A stretch of DNA of 61,967 nt, filler included, from Basidiobolus ranarum (Eukaryota), in the NCBI GenBank assembly GCA_040143965.1. It is 26 parts of 26 records of this genome, joined end to end, with 100 filler letters (N's around TTAATTAATTAA, not from the genome) between each part and the next. Parts side by side here need not be neighbours in the genome. Positions count along the whole stretch, not along the records: positions 11,967 to 14,258 come from JASJQH010003516.1; positions 14,359 to 16,650 come from JASJQH010003517.1; positions 16,751 to 19,041 come from JASJQH010003518.1; positions 19,142 to 21,432 come from JASJQH010003519.1; positions 21,533 to 23,822 come from JASJQH010003520.1; positions 23,923 to 26,211 come from JASJQH010003521.1; 20 more parts are not named here. One strand, given 5' to 3'. This document shows, in pieces, positions 13,092-25,260 of this stretch. The number at the start of each line of letters is the position of its first letter. The stretch's first letter is position 1. Under the pieces are notes generated by a model, which saw only the letters and a program-made list of their open reading frames with translations, was not told the DNA's origin and searched no databases. Position numbers and translations under genes: made by a program.

Positions 13092-13373
13092 TTGGCATGA
13101 ACCTATTAATATTGTAACAACTTACCAAACCTCAATAAATATGTAATTTAGATCAATTAACGGTTCAGAAACTATGGCGAACATTTCGTAAACAGTGAAA
13201 CGAATGGTTTCTTTTTATCTCAAGCCAATATCAGAATGTATCTCCTTGCTTATAGTATTAATGTTAGCCGAGAACAAGAAAAGAAGATAATGTATGGATG
13301 TTTCTTTATTATGATGTATACGAGGATGTATGTACAATAAGTTCAATATCGGTCTTTACATGGGGTGGAGTTC

Positions 13374-13604
13374 TTAATAGTTAGTTTCTTCGGTTAATTG
13401 ACGGATCACACCCTCACACTGACTAGCGATAGTTTTATGGTACATAACTTCTTGGATGCTCAGACGACGTCCATTGATGGTGAAAACAGATTGGTTGTTT
13501 TCCTCCCATTCACTCGGCATCATCTCTGTGGTATCATCATGGTTTGAATAGAGAATATGATCATATTCCTGAGAATTATCAGTTGGTAGATGGGATTGAG
13601 TCAT
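13374..13604 (-). CDS. Small (76 aa) protein of unknown function, NGRRLS family
   Basis: TINGRRLSIQEVMYHKTIASQCEGVIRQLTEETNY. TATATAA about 55 bp upstream. Convergent with its paralog. Confidence 0.72.
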   Translation of the reverse strand: MTQSHLPTDNSQEYDHILYSNHDDTTEMMPSEWEENNQSVFTINGRRLSIQEVMYHKTIASQCEGVIRQLTEETNY

Positions 13605-14120
13605 GTTAGAAGAATGTATCTTGGTTGTGTTGATGGTAAGTGAACACCCTCAACGAACTTATATACCAATGTCAATCAGATCTATTCCTTAAACAGACTA
13701 TTATCTCACCCTGTCATTCCGCTTGTCATTTTACCTGATACGTACTGACCCTATTATGTAATTATTGTAAACCCTTCAGCTAACCAGATCATGGTTAATG
13801 ACAAAGCAGTCGTATGAGGAGTATACAATGATGATAAATGGAGCCAATGAATGAACCCAACGAACCATTCATTTTGGCAATAGACGACTATGAATCGGTC
13901 ATCATGATGGTGAATGATTCCGCGGTGGTGGAATCTTGGCTCTGACTGGTATTCCTCTACCAGCTGTGGCTATTCTTCAAGATATCAGTCTCTTTATTTC
14001 TGATTAGCCCTCTCTCTTATTATTGTAATATATTAAATGTTTTCCTTTAATTTACCCCTTGCCATACAAAAGAGTGACTCCATTAACAAATGGTATATGA
14101 ATTCATTGAGATGTAGAAAC

Positions 14121-14258
14121 TGTTGAAATTAGCATTGCCTAAACACCTATATAGTCATATATAGCTTAGTACTTAGTTATCTTATATATTATCCATTATT
14201 CTCATGAGGAAGTTACCTAGAAAATTGACACCAACTTAGAACTTCTCAGATATATATA
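14121..14258 (+). mobile_element. Copia family A LTR (5' part)
   Basis: TGTTGAAATTAGCATTGCCTAAACACCTATATAGTC matches the other family A LTR starts. Confidence 0.85.
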
Positions 14259-14358
14259 NNNNNNNNNNNNNNNNNNNNNNNNNNNNNNNNNNNNNNNNNN
14301 NNTTAATTAATTAANNNNNNNNNNNNNNNNNNNNNNNNNNNNNNNNNNNNNNNNNNNN

Positions 14359-14884
14359 TATCAGCTACGGTGAATTTTCCAAATAAAAATCCTTCGTCTT
14401 CACAAGAGTTCTTACTTATGGTTTTCAGTCTACATTCCTCCCAAATTTTTATGATTCGATGGATTTCTTTTTGCAAATCCTGATCACCTAATGTCTCAGC
14501 GGAGAGCTGCTTACGTCCTCGCAGATTATAGGGCATTACGTTACGAATTTTAAGAAAGCCAGCGTGCATCTCTGCAGACACCGATCTGGCCAGAGATCTC
14601 TCTTCCCTATTCTTGGGTAATAACTCGGGATAAAGCTCTATAAGGTACTCAAGGATAGAAAGTGACTCCCAAACAATATACGACTTGCCAGAGTCTTCGG
14701 TCACAATTAAAGATGGTGCCTTCACGGTTGGACTGACCTTCTGCATTTTTTGTTTCCAATCTGGGTCATCCATGTAGTTCATATGTATCTCCACTGGTAA
14801 TTGAACAAAGCGAGCGACGAGTAAACACCGAATACTCCAAGAAGAGTAATTCTTGTTAAGCAAACATAACGTATATTTGGTCAT
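14359..14884 (-). CDS. Glutathione S-transferase, bacterial-like subfamily (3' cut by contig edge)
   Basis: NKNYSSWSIR, SPTVKAPSL, WESLSILEYL, ARSVSAEMHAGF and FLFGKFTVAD motifs; intronless. Confidence 0.9.
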
Positions 14885-16268
14885 GCTTCAGTATAACACT
14901 AGCTAGAGCTAACAGATACAGTTTTGGGTGCTTTGACCTCACATTTATATCAAATTAGCCACCTCGATTACGTAGTATTTCGAACTTTGAAACTGACTGG
15001 GACTAATCTCCATATTTGGTATATCGGCAATCTGCGCAGCATCCAAAAGTCATCCGGCGTGATCGCGATCTGATCCCGATCATCCAAGATACGTTTGGGT
15101 GATGCGTTGGTGGTGGATGAGTTTCTGATGGGATGTTTCAAGATACCATTAGACATGGTTCGCTGGTGGTCTTCTACAGAACGTGACTGTCTTTAGAGGG
15201 TTTAACAATATGGTTTTCAGATAACTTACAACTGGAATATTGGAGTATCTAACTGAAATTATCCAATGGGATGCTCTAGTGCTTTCAATCCAAATAAACC
15301 ACCAAGATACTACGGAAAGTATGGCAGATATCTTTTGTTGACTTTTCCACATATTGTTCGCGCCATGTGCTGTCCAATGGAGTGTATATTTATTAATAAC
15401 GATCCGGATTGGTCTGGCATTCCGCACCATGAACAAATCCAACCGTGCTATGCTATAGCAATCTAACCTCACTATCTGCTCCATCTCTATCACACAGACG
15501 TAGCCATGCTGTATGCGAGGTGAGAAAAAGACAGATATCTGAGAGCATGTGATAAGCTTTGGAGGAGTTTGGAACACAGTCACCTCTTAACAAGTGGAAG
15601 ATGGTTGGCAAGTTATGGCTACATAACTCTATGTAATAAACCACTACAACGAAACAGTTGCTTCCAGCATGCTTGAGATACCTATAGCTCAAAGTAAGTG
15701 AACGTTGGAATAAATCGGTATAGGTTATCGGAATAGTACTTTCGCTCTGCCTCTTTATCACAATACGGATTATTAGCAGAAGCCATACATAATACAGGAG
15801 TACTCAAAGACTTCAATAACAAATTGAATATTCAAGAATGAAATCTCAAATAACGGCGGAGTAGCAAACTAGATATAATTTACATCCATGATTTCCATAC
15901 TTGGGTTGAAGATGTTTAACTTGAGGTTGACTGGAGTTTCGATACGTTTTAAAATGGATACAAAATGCGATAGCTCTATACGCCATTTAACTATATATAG
16001 CCATGATAATAGCAGGTATTTAGAACGTACTAGGGAGCATGGACTTACCGAAAACCCTTTGTTATTTCAAAAAGCTCACTGCTACCTTGCTTTCGCACAT
16101 AAATATGAGGACATTAGATAGTATCCTGAGGGATCTTTACAAACAGTATAGAAAATATCTTCAACGGTTACGATTAAATGAATTGCTATTTGGTTAACTC
16201 ACTTTTAGAATAGTGAGTATACTGTATTAAAAGATTAACAATAAAAGTGACTGGTATAGGTGGTTTCT

Positions 16269-16650
16269 TTAGATATTTTCGTACATTGCTATATAATGAT
16301 CTTCTCCTTCAGCTTCTTGTTCCAACTCCTTGCCAATGGACCAGTTGAAGATGGTCTCCATGTACTTCTTAGCATGTTCATTCTCAACAGAGATATTATA
16401 AGAACGGAAACGGTAGCAAATAGGAATGTACATAGCATCTGCTATAGTAAACTTTCCAAACAAAAATCCTTCGTCATCCCCAGACTTTTTGCTTAGGGTT
16501 TTCAATCTACATTCCTCCCAAACCTTTGAAACTCTGAGTATTTCTTTCTTCAAGCCCTCGTTAGCTAGAGTCTCAGCAGAAAGCTGCTTACGTGCGCGAA
16601 TATTATGGGGCATTGCCTCACGAAGTTTGGGAAAGCCAGCGGGCATCTCA
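16269..16650 (-). CDS. Second GST paralog, C-terminal half (5' cut by contig edge)
   Basis: EMPAGF...FLFGKFTIADAMYIPICYRFRSY, closely paralogous to 14359-14884 and in the same orientation. Confidence 0.88.
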
Positions 16651-16750
16651 NNNNNNNNNNNNNNNNNNNNNNNNNNNNNNNNNNNNNNNNNNNNTTAATT
16701 AATTAANNNNNNNNNNNNNNNNNNNNNNNNNNNNNNNNNNNNNNNNNNNN

Positions 16751-17801
16751 CAGGATAAGCCACATGAAATAATCAAGAACCTTCTGAGTAACACCTGGTT
16801 TTGGTTTTTCCACAATTGGTTCAAATCAAGGTGATTTTGGGCAAGATTCTGCACAGTTTCCAAAATGTTAAACCTCTCATCATCAGAGCAAGCAATGGCA
16901 GCTCTGGGATTCAGAGTCTTTTAGTTTGCTGGTTTTCCTATGAGATTTCTACTTTCATATTCCCAAGCAATTTCTCATTGCTGTGTAGCTTTAATGATCC
17001 AATGCATATTTTGGTCTCCTATATTGTCACAGTGATGTTGACATCTACAGTGTCAGATTGATTGAAATCCTATATGAGGCTACAGCATGTTGCTGTAGTT
17101 TAAGTACAGCATTTGGAGGGTCTGGTATCATAGTTGAGTGACTCTCCAACTGTTGACTAGTTGCTTCCAAACACTGCATTAATGACAATACTGTGGCATT
17201 ATTGCTGGTCATGGCCTCTATAGCAACTTTGTAGTTTTTACTTACAATCACATACAAGGCATTATGGTGTTCTGCCCACAATTCCCTTGTTGTGATAATT
17301 CTATCCAAATTTTCTGTGGTGGGTTTTTCAATAGTGGGCAAAGTAGCCATTTTGGGAGTTGATGGTCTTAACAGTGTTTCTGTTGAAATTTGCTCAGCTA
17401 TTGATTTACTATGTAAATGAGGGATTACCATCTCTTCACTTGCACTCCATGGTAAAAAGGAACACATCTGGTAAATTGATCAATGCTCCATCATTAATTG
17501 AGTTTGTTTCTGGCATGTTAATGTCTTCCAAAGTGGATAGGGGATCACTAGACTCATCATCAATGAAGTCCTCTGTTGTTGCTGGTTTATTTCCTTTTGT
17601 GATGGTTGGCTTTTGCTTCAAAGCCAATTTTGATTTTGATTATGAACACTTTTTGAATGGCATTGAAATTCTTGGATGGTAAACTTGGTGTAGTGAAATT
17701 GCTTAGAAACAGCTTACAATAAACCAAAATTGCTATCCATTACCGGAAATACTTTGTAAATCCCCTGATGATTGATCTGGGACACCATCTCAGAATCAGT
17801 T
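16751..17801 (-). mobile_element. CACTA-family ORF2 copy (decayed)
   Basis: Colinear with 710-1760. Confidence 0.8.
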
Positions 17802-19041
17802 TGTTGAAATTAGCAATGCCTGAACATCTAAATAGTCATATATAACTTAGTACTTAGTTATCTTATAACCCACTAAGATATTATCAATTATTCTCAATTG
17901 GAATTTACTTAGAATATTTTTACCAACTTAAAGGTTCTCAGATATATAGACTTTCAAACTTGTGCTAGAAGCCCCAAACTTTGCACACATGTTCCTGGGA
18001 CCTTCCTTAATATATTCTACATGATAGTTTGTTTACATCTTGACAAAACTATAAATTTCAACTTTCTATGCAATAAATCAATAAGTGAAGACCACCAATT
18101 CCTCTAATTTGCCAAACCACTTCCAACAGGCTCCCAAATACTTTAACAGGTTATGAGCCCCAAGCTTGCACTCTCTGAAATGTCTACTTCTAAAGTTTAT
18201 GGAATTTTTCCTTTCTCTGAAAAATTGGATGGAACCAATTATCAAGTTTGGAGAATTAAAATGAAAATGCTGCTGCAAGAAAAAGGACTTTAGGATACTG
18301 TTGTAGGAGAAGAAAACAATGCAAAACTAGCAGACAACAAAGTTTTACTCCAGGTTACAAAAGAACAAAGTGCCTTTAACACAGTTTGTCTTAATGTTAA
18401 AAACAAATCGCTAATTCAATGTTCAAGAGCTGAAACTGCCAAGAAGGTATGGAAAGCCTTGGAAGACACCTACCAAACAAGCTCTGCTGCCAACAAGATG
18501 TTTTTCAGAAGACAATTCTTTAACTTAAAGATGGAGCCAGGAGAAGACATTAAATCACTAATTGATAGAGTCACTATTTTAGTGGATCAAATGGAATGCA
18601 TTAGAGAACCTACCACTGTTCAAGATATCATAGTTACAGTCCTGGATAGCCTGCTACATGAGTTTCAGAGCCTAGTAATGGCTCTAGAATCAAGAACTAA
18701 AAATTTGACCTTAAGTTATGTATTAGGCAGACTTCTGGATGAAGATTTACACAGATCAAGACTTAACCAAAAGAATGAGGAAAAAACTCTAATAGGCTAT
18801 GGGAAACCTTCTTATAAAGGTCAAAAGCACTTTGAGAAGAAAAGTAACCCATTCTGTGATTACTATAAAAGAACTGGCCATTTAAGCAAAGATTGCTTTA
18901 GAAGAATTGCAAAAGAAGAAAAACATACTGAATCAGGAAATGTGGTTACAACAGAAGATCACTTGTTCATTTCTGCTCTATCTATGACCACCAACAAGGA
19001 TTCTCAGACATGGTATATTGATTCTGGAGCTTCCTAACATT
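17802..19041 (+). mobile_element. Copia family A: 5' LTR (17802-18148), PBS, gag and protease start
   Basis: PBS GGTTATGAGCCCC; gag KLDGTNYQVWRIKM, FFRRQFFNLKMEPGE; zinc knuckle CDYYKRTGHLSKDC; protease WYIDSGAS. Confidence 0.93.
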
Positions 19042-19141
19042 NNNNNNNNNNNNNNNNNNNNNNNNNNNNNNNNNNNNNNNNNNNNTTAATTAATTAANNN
19101 NNNNNNNNNNNNNNNNNNNNNNNNNNNNNNNNNNNNNNNNN

Positions 19142-19218
19142 GTATACACCCAAGTACTCTCCTGCCTTCTAGCCTCTTGTCATTGTTCCCAGTCCTTGTC
19201 CAGTTCCTTATTGTGACA
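19142..19218 (+). mobile_element. LTR family D, terminal fragment
   Basis: Ends CCTTATTGTGACA; also at 40323, 51761 and 54928. Confidence 0.8.
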
Positions 19219-21532
19219 GGTACAGAGTAATGAACATACATATTTCAAATGTATTTTTACTCCAATTGTTGTTAATTACTTAAGAAGCTTGAAATTCTAT
19301 CAATATCAGTGACAAATATGTGAGTTACAAGCTAAGAACTACATATAAGCATATCAGCTAGCAAATATCATAAAATTAAGCACTAAAGTTTAAGAAACTA
19401 AATTTACACATGACAAACAAGATAAAGTTATTGGTGAAAGAGCTATCTCTATTCCATAATCTCTTTTGCCAGCGAGCTGTTCCAATTGCTGGAGTATAGT
19501 CATATTAGTAGCAGAGCTTGAAGCTTGTGCAAGGAGTTTAAGCAATGGAGTTTGAAAGATATTTACTAATTGTCAAAAAGAATTTATTGCATTTTCCAAG
19601 ATGGTATTTTGTTTAATAGCAATAACTTACATATGCCATATTAGATAGTTAATGGTATCGGAGTATGGATAACGAGTGTGATAGAGATAATAGATTTCAA
19701 CAAATGTAGCACTGAGAGTGCAAAAACCATATTAGAGATTTCGTATGTTACCCATGAGCCTCTATAGAGTAATGTGTCGTGCTTTCAACGAGTCAACAAG
19801 TGCTAGAGTAATAATCAATATAGGGAGGAATGAATAGTTGTTTAAAATAGCAAGTCTTATCTGACGCTAGGATATGCAAACGCTGAATTAGCGAACATGA
19901 GTGTAACTACATTTTTATACATAGGTATGACAGTCCACATGGTAGAAGGTACTTGATGAAGCCATATTGCAAATTTCAGAGCGCCAAGTATTATATATGA
20001 CATATTACCACCTACAATTGCCTGGACGTTTCAGCTTAAAGAGTTAGCATTGTATTCACAGAGCCCTACATTGACTTAAAAATGCACATCTTACCCGAAT
20101 AGCATATAATATGGCTTAGCGATATATTCGTATTAGCTAGCTTACAGAGTTATCCGTGTTCTAGATACTTCATCTTCATCGGCATTGTGCGTAAGCACAT
20201 GATTAAGTTGGATGCATCACAATATGCAATAAATCCTTGATACCTGGAGTTGAAACCTAGCGAACCCCAGGTGATGGGCCATAAATAGCGCTCTAGTAAA
20301 CAGCTTTCGTAGAGCTCTGAGACTCTTGAGTGATGGTGATAGGCTAGTATCTCAAGTAAATATTGATTCCGACACTTAAGTAACGTTACAAACATACAGA
20401 GACTCCTGAGTAATGTGCATGGGGCTATATATTCAGCCGGCTTGGAAATGGTCAAGAGTAGTCGGAACCCTAACCAAACCGATCACTCGTTTCCGATCCA
20501 CCTCGAGATAAGTACGGTTGTGATCAGGATAGTAGAAATTCATTGTTTTCGCCTTCTCCAAAGCCGTATGGGCGGCCAATATGCACCCAGAGTCATCGAA
20601 CGCCCCTACCACAATTTGAGAATATACCCACTCCAAGAGACTCATTTAATGCATGGATGACAAATCTATTCGTTATGGCCAATTGGGTTATTCGGATGGC
20701 GCTCCGCCATTCTCTAAGAGTAAAGATCGCTATCGAAACATCGTCGAAACACCGCGTTCAGGAAAAATCTTACCCTTTAACCGATGGGGATATATTCCAT
20801 CTTAACAAACCTATCAAAAGTCATTTACCCATTAGGGAAATGTCACACTGTCTTCATTTGATTTTGCAAAAGTTACCCCCCAATCATATGTTCATGCTAA
20901 AATTACCAAAACTAGTATCTGTGGTAACATGAACGTGGCATTCCTGATTCTAAGTACACTTGACACACTTACTAAACTGATTAAATTCTGCACAATCTTA
21001 ACCCAATCCTTCGGCTCCCCTCCTTCTATTCTGGTTAAATGGGGTCGAATTAGAGTGCTTGAAGATAGCCAGTATATGTTAACTACTCACTTTACTTTTA
21101 CATTCCTAGTGGATATTCTGGGACTTCTTTGCTCCCTGTAGTCTTGAATAGCACAGTTGGCTTATATTTCTTCAATTGAACTAGCGTAATCGCAGGCAAC
21201 AATGGTACCAGCTGTAGGAAGGTAAGCTCTGAACTTACCAACCGGGCATAGAACTAACTGTTTACATTGAATCTAATCAGTTTTCTGGGATCGAGCTCTG
21301 GAAAGGTCAGAATCTCATCACCTCTCGCTCAAATATCCATGGACTGGAACCTGCCTTTTCTTGGACCATTAGAGAGTGGTTGCAACATTACTGCATGTTT
21401 AATCAGGTACCTACCAATGTGCCCTATTTTAGNNNNNNNNNNNNNNNNNNNNNNNNNNNNNNNNNNNNNNNNNNNNTTAATTAATTAANNNNNNNNNNNN
21501 NNNNNNNNNNNNNNNNNNNNNNNNNNNNNNNN

Positions 21533-21638
21533 CCAAAATGGTAAATAACATCGTGCCGGATAGTGCCCAATCATGCCAATTTGTGCTGGCACACTTTTTA
21601 GCTGGCCTGATCTGGCTCAATAAAATGGAACAAGTCTA
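21533..21638 (-). mobile_element. Terminus of an unclassified repeat (TAGACTTGTTCC end)
   Basis: Same sharp boundary in four copies (21638, 50405, 52236, 60117) with unrelated flanks. Confidence 0.7.
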
Positions 21639-22099
21639 TTATCCATTATATCTAGACCAAATTCACCTTTGCTTATAGATAGCTTCTTATAGCCTTCAAT
21701 GGTGGAGTTTGAATGGTTATTTGATGGGGTTCACATGGGGCATATTCTTTTAAAGCTAACATCATTGTATATAATGGGAACACTTCTGCCATCTGTAAAC
21801 TTGGAGGTTTTTGAGGCACAATGCACTATCTTACTGTAGCTTTTGTCAAATCAAAGGAGTTTCCTCTACCAGGCATATATGCAACAAGTTTAATTCAAAC
21901 CAAACCTGATCTTTGGTTTGACACTTTGAAAAAACATATGCATGATTGAGTCTGAGTAAAATTGTATGGAAAAATATTTATCTTGTCTATTGTGAATCAT
22001 TTGTCTTGGCTTTCTTTCATGAAAGTACATTTGTTGGAATAAGATTCTTGCTGGGATAGTTTAGCTCATATCCAACATGCATTAGCATATGTATCTAAG

Positions 22100-22863
22100 A
22101 AGTTGAGGTTGGAAAGTCATGAGTTTTAGTAATTGGTGTTTTAGCTTGTTGAGAGGTGCCAAGTGTTGGGTGTATTTCTAACTTTTGAAATCTTCCAACT
22201 AGTGTTTTTGATAATAAAGCAAAATCAAGTTTTGTAGATGCATACCTGCTGGTATGTCCAACTTAGGGAATACAGGTCTTTTTGATGGTTTCAAGAAATT
22301 GCAAAGGGACAGCAGAGCCAACAATCTCTGGCTCCTTAGATTTTTCCTTAGGTTTACTAACTTTGCACTTGTTGAGTACAGCTGCAGCTACCTTTCTTTG
22401 TTTTTCAGTTCAATAATTTCATACATGTTTGAGATGCTTCATGTGTAGGTTTATACTAGCCCTGTTGCCATTTGCTTCCAAAAACCTGGGATACACCACT
22501 TGTAATAAGTCAAGAACCATTGTATTTGTGATGTAGGATTGAATAGGATCTGCTATAAGCAGGGATTGAGAGGCAGAATGGTGCTGTAGCTCCAGTACTG
22601 CATTATGAAGGCCTTGAATCATTGATGAGTGACTCTCATGTTGCTGTAGCTTGAGCACAGCTTTCCAAAGGCCTTGTCTTATTCTTGAGTGGCTCTCTTA
22701 ATGATGACCAGTTGCTTCAGAATACTGTATTAATTGCATTAATACTGCATTATTGTGTTTAATGGCCTGCATAGCAAATTCATAGTTTTTACTAATGACC
22801 ACATACAAATTATTACTTTTTTCTTCCTGAGATTACCTTGTTGTGACAATTCTGTTCAAATAG
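22100..22863 (-). mobile_element. Divergent subfamily of CACTA ORF2
   Basis: MVLDLLQVVYPRFLEANGNRASINLHMKHLKHV. The HSSMIQGLHNAVLELQ segment is internally duplicated. Confidence 0.7.
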
Positions 22864-23822
22864 CCCTAACAAAACTCAAGTCAATTTGATCCAGAATGGA
22901 TCCACCCTTCTGGATTGAAAAGCCATTGGAGAACTGTCACAGTATTAGTGGCTTGCATTCTGCTTGGAATTTAAATGGTGAAATGGCAGCTTCTTGACAG
23001 TATTATGGCAATATTTATACATGGTAAAATATTGATCCTCATATTTGGCATGTGTTATTTAATATCTGACAAGTTTTGCAAATAACTAACTTTCCAATGG
23101 CAAATTACTGGGTTTACTGCTATAGAAAACTGAATTAATATGCATGCCTCTATTTAAAAATTTTAGGCCTCATAATCCAGCCATACTGAGATTCAAAAAT
23201 CTTGTTGTGTTTAATCTCTACATATGCACATACTTGACTGATCAGACATGAATCTCTAACATCAATATGCTCTACCAGCAAACTAATAGTGGAAAAACTG
23301 CTAAACATATGAAATTTTCAATAGCACTGACACTTGGCAAATAAAAGACTCTTGTTACTGGTCATAATAAAAATAAGCTCTTGGATTTTGGCAAATTTTG
23401 GTAAAGGATTCAGCCAAAATATCCTCAACTTGCAAGTCAACAAATGTCCTGCCACAAGTAGATATTTCATTTTTTGAATAAATTATCCCATGGCCAAAAC
23501 TTAAATACTGCATATCTCAATCTATTTCAGCAAAAACTGTGTATTGCAGCTTTCCTAGAAATACCATCTGATTATTATAAAAACAATGAGTCCAAATCTG
23601 AGAGACACCTACTTTGGGTCCATGTATTTGGTTTTGTGTCTGTCATTATGCTTGTACAATGCAAAAACCCACAAGGATATTGAAAAGAGCCTTTTGTTGG
23701 AAGGTTTACATAGTTTGGAGCCTTCTTAACTCATTCCATAATGTCAAACACTGATTTTGACAATAAATTGTTCATCAGTTTAGCATATAGTAATACTGAC
23801 AACTTCACACTGAGCATCCTTT
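22864..23822 (-). mobile_element. CACTA terminus, putative ORF1 (transposase) side
   Basis: Begins CCCTAACAAAA; homologous to 23923-24704 and 58814-59588. Confidence 0.8.
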
Positions 23823-23922
23823 NNNNNNNNNNNNNNNNNNNNNNNNNNNNNNNNNNNNNNNNNNNNTTAATTAATTAANNNNNNNNNNNNNNNNNNNNNN
23901 NNNNNNNNNNNNNNNNNNNNNN

Positions 23923-24704
23923 AACAACGCCCAATCCATGGACACAGAGTAAGTACCTTTATAATTGGACTAATTTCCTTGTGCGGTAATCTGAGGGTAC
24001 TTTTAGGAAAGCTGCAAGACAGACTTCTTGGTGAGATAGATCAAGATATGCAGTATTATTGTTTTAGCCATGGGGTAATTGATTCAAGCAATGACACATC
24101 TACTTGTGGCAGGACATTTGTTGACTGCAAGTTGGGGATATATTGGACGAATTCTTTGCAGAAATTTGCCAAAATCCAAGAGCTTATTCTCATTGTGAAT
24201 GGTAACAAGAGTCAGCTATTTGCCAAGTGTCAGTGCTATTCAAAATTACACATGTTTGGCAATATTTCCACAATTAGTTTGCTGGTAAAGCATATTGATG
24301 TTGTTGAGTTATGTCCAATCAGTCAAGTATGTGCATATGTAGAGACTAAACACAACAAGTTTCTTGTATTTTTTGAATCTCATTATGGCTGGAGTACAAA
24401 GCCTAAAATATCTAATTTAAGGCATGCATATTAAATCAAATTCCTATAGCAGTAAACCCAGTAATTTGCTATTCAAAAATTAAATTTTTGCAAAAATTGA
24501 CGGATATTCAATAACACATGCCAATTTGAGGATCAATATTTTAACATGTATGAATACCATAAAAATACTGTCAAGAAGCCGCCATCACACCATCAGAATC
24601 CTTGGCAGAAGGCAAGCTACCAACATTGCAATGGTTCTCCAATGGTTTTGCTCTTATGGAGGGTGGATCAAATCCAGACCAAATCAATTTTATTTTTGTT
24701 AGGG
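23923..24704 (+). mobile_element. CACTA 3' end with C-terminal ORF remnant
   Basis: ORF 23979-24434 (LLGEIDQDMQYYCFSHGV...VCAYVE); ends TTTTGTTAGGG. Confidence 0.8.
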
Positions 24705-25260
24705 GATACATTGGCTGAATTCTTTTCAAAATTTGCCAAAATCCAAGAGCTCATTCTCATTGTGAATGATAACAAGAGTCAGCTCTTTGCCAAGTGTTAG
24801 TGCTATTCAAAATTTCAGATGTTTAGCAATTTTCCACCCTTTGTTTGCCAGTAAAGCATATTGATGTTGTTGAGTTATGTCCAATCAGTCAAGTATGTGC
24901 ATATGTAGAGACTAAGCACAATGAGATTCTTGTATTTTTTAATTCTCATTATGGCTGGAATACAAAGCCTAAAATATCTAACTAAAGGTATGCACATTAA
25001 TTCAAATTCCTGCAGCAGTAAACCCAGTAATTTGCTATTCAAAAATTTTATTTTTGCAAAAATTGCCAGATATTGAATAATGCATGCCAAATTTGGATAT
25101 TGATATTTTAACATGTATGAATACCATCAAGAAACCACCAAGACACCACCAAAATCCATGGCAGAATGCAAGCCACCTATATTGTGACAGTTCTCTGATG
25201 GTTTTGCTATTTTGGAGGGTGGATCTAATCCATGTCAAATCAATTTTATTTTTGTTTGGG
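24705..25260 (+). mobile_element. Second CACTA 3' end (host of the preceding copy), itself inserted in a Copia-B LTR
   Basis: Repeats the sequence of about 24136-24704 and ends TTTTGTTTGGG; LTR-B sequence follows immediately. Confidence 0.8.

Noticed and set aside
14968-16121. Overlapping ORFs between the GST genes
   Set aside because: No domain signature; most likely intergenic or promoter DNA.
19400-21432. CpG-normal region with several overlapping 55-130 aa ORFs
   Set aside because: No recognisable motif or consistent exon chain on either strand; it may be a degenerate gene but cannot be called.
21640-22100. Possible LINE C-terminal zinc-finger remnant (also 3700-4130)
   Set aside because: Cys/His spacing is only suggestive and too decayed to support.
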